Source of the DNA: Malacoraja senta
Taxonomy: Eukaryota
Direction: 5' to 3'
Length of the DNA: 64,000 bases
Assembly (NCBI GenBank): GCA_038087875.1
Contig: JAXLNO010006153.1
Location: 1 to 64,000, forward strand
A model generated the notes under the pieces. That model did no database searches. It was not told where the DNA came from and saw only the letters and a list, made by a program, of their open reading frames with translations. Shown in pieces: positions 63,090 to 64,000 of this stretch; within the stretch, counting starts at the first letter, position 1, and each line of letters begins with the position of its first letter. A program made the translations under genes and the position numbers.

Positions 63090-64000
63090 ATTATTAGAAG
63101 CAAATGTACAAAAATAGAACCAACGGCATATAAAATTATACAGTTATTGTACAGCTTCAATTTTAACTTTTTAGCTTGAGTTGGAAGAAAAGAAAGGAGA
63201 AAAAGCAAGAAAGAGAAAAAGTGAGATGTGCAAAGATAGAACCCCTAGACTACCAAAGTAGTGTAGCCAAAGAGTGAATAAATGAAAGAAAGAAGAGAGG
63301 AATAGAAAAAAAACAAAAGGACAAAAAGAAAAGAGAGAAAAAAGTGGTGATATACCTGCCTCACATCCCTCCCTACCCACTTCACCAACCTGTAATTAGA
63401 TTTAAATCCAAAGTTGTGTTGTGCCATGCTATCCTTGTAATAAATCAATGAAGGGTGTCCATGTCTTCGAAAAATGTTCTGGTTTTTCTGCCAAGACAAG
63501 TCTAATATTTTCAAGATGTAGCGTTTCGGACATGTTTATAATCCACATCTTAAGAGTAGGGACTGATGTGTGTTTCCAAAATTTAAGTATTCTTTTTTTC
63601 GCCGTTATCAGGCCATAATTAAGGAAACGTCTTTGAAATAGTGATAGCTCAGAGCAGGCTTCTGACGTACCTAGAGTGATCAGTTCCGTGTCGGGATCCA
63701 ATTTTATTTTTAGTGTTTTTGAAAAAAAAACTGTAATTCCTCTCCAGAAATTATGTAACTTTATATAAGATACAAAGGACTGGGTTATAGTTGCTTCCTG
63801 AAGAAGACATTTATCGCAAATAGGAGATACATTTGGAAAAATCTTATTCAGTTTAGACTTTGAATAATAGAGTGTGCAGTATTTTAAATTGAATTAACGA
63901 ATGCCTAACGTTGATCGAACAGTTGTGTGTATATATAGAAGGTTTTCCTCCCATCTGTCTTTTAAAATTTTTAGGCCAAGCTCATCTTCCCAAGCTCTTC
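63090..64000 (-). mobile_element. L1-clade LINE, ORF2 C-terminus and 3' UTR (frameshifted; continues beyond the window)
   Basis: AWEDELG...LIQFKILH, ICDKC and AKKRILKFWK...PTLKMW...KTWTPFI motifs typical of vertebrate L1 ORF2 ends. Confidence 0.85.

Noticed and set aside
50620-64000. Exons of a neighbouring gene upstream of FAM53B
   Set aside because: No translation I can recognise; short exons cannot be excluded without alignment.

Overview
This is eukaryotic, repeat-rich vertebrate DNA. The repeat content (HE1/V-SINEs, Deu-domain SINEs, CR1, Rex1 and RTE LINEs, Neptune-type Penelope-like elements) points to a cartilaginous fish, probably a skate or ray (inference). The only host gene I recognise is the 5' part of FAM53B on the minus strand. 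It has a CpG-rich promoter region with candidate non-coding first exons at about 48.1-50.6 kb. Its start-codon exon (21999-22198, CDS 21999-22076) and a 55-nt coding exon (17011-17065) splice to MVTLLMQGLGNEDLDYGIHHIFNREL-RSPKKMSKGPTLLSCGIM. The large downstream exon is not in the window. Most of the rest is intron or intergenic DNA filled with transposon relics. The most striking pattern is about 16 copies of a Penelope-derived terminal module carrying a minimal hammerhead-ribozyme-like core (CTGAAGA-a-GGGT-loop-ACCC-GAAAC-GTC). It occurs at the 3' end of GIY-YIG-encoding fragments, as stand-alone ~90-nt insertions with target-site duplications (TSDs), and as fold-back palindromes. Other notable items are a uORF-packed FAM53B leader, four different MITEs sharing one Harbinger-like terminal inverted repeat (TIR), a Helitron-like element, decayed minisatellites, an old inverted duplication, templated-insertion scars and several enhancer-like stretches. 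There are four assembly gaps. Family assignments are from memory of consensus sequences, not from database searches.
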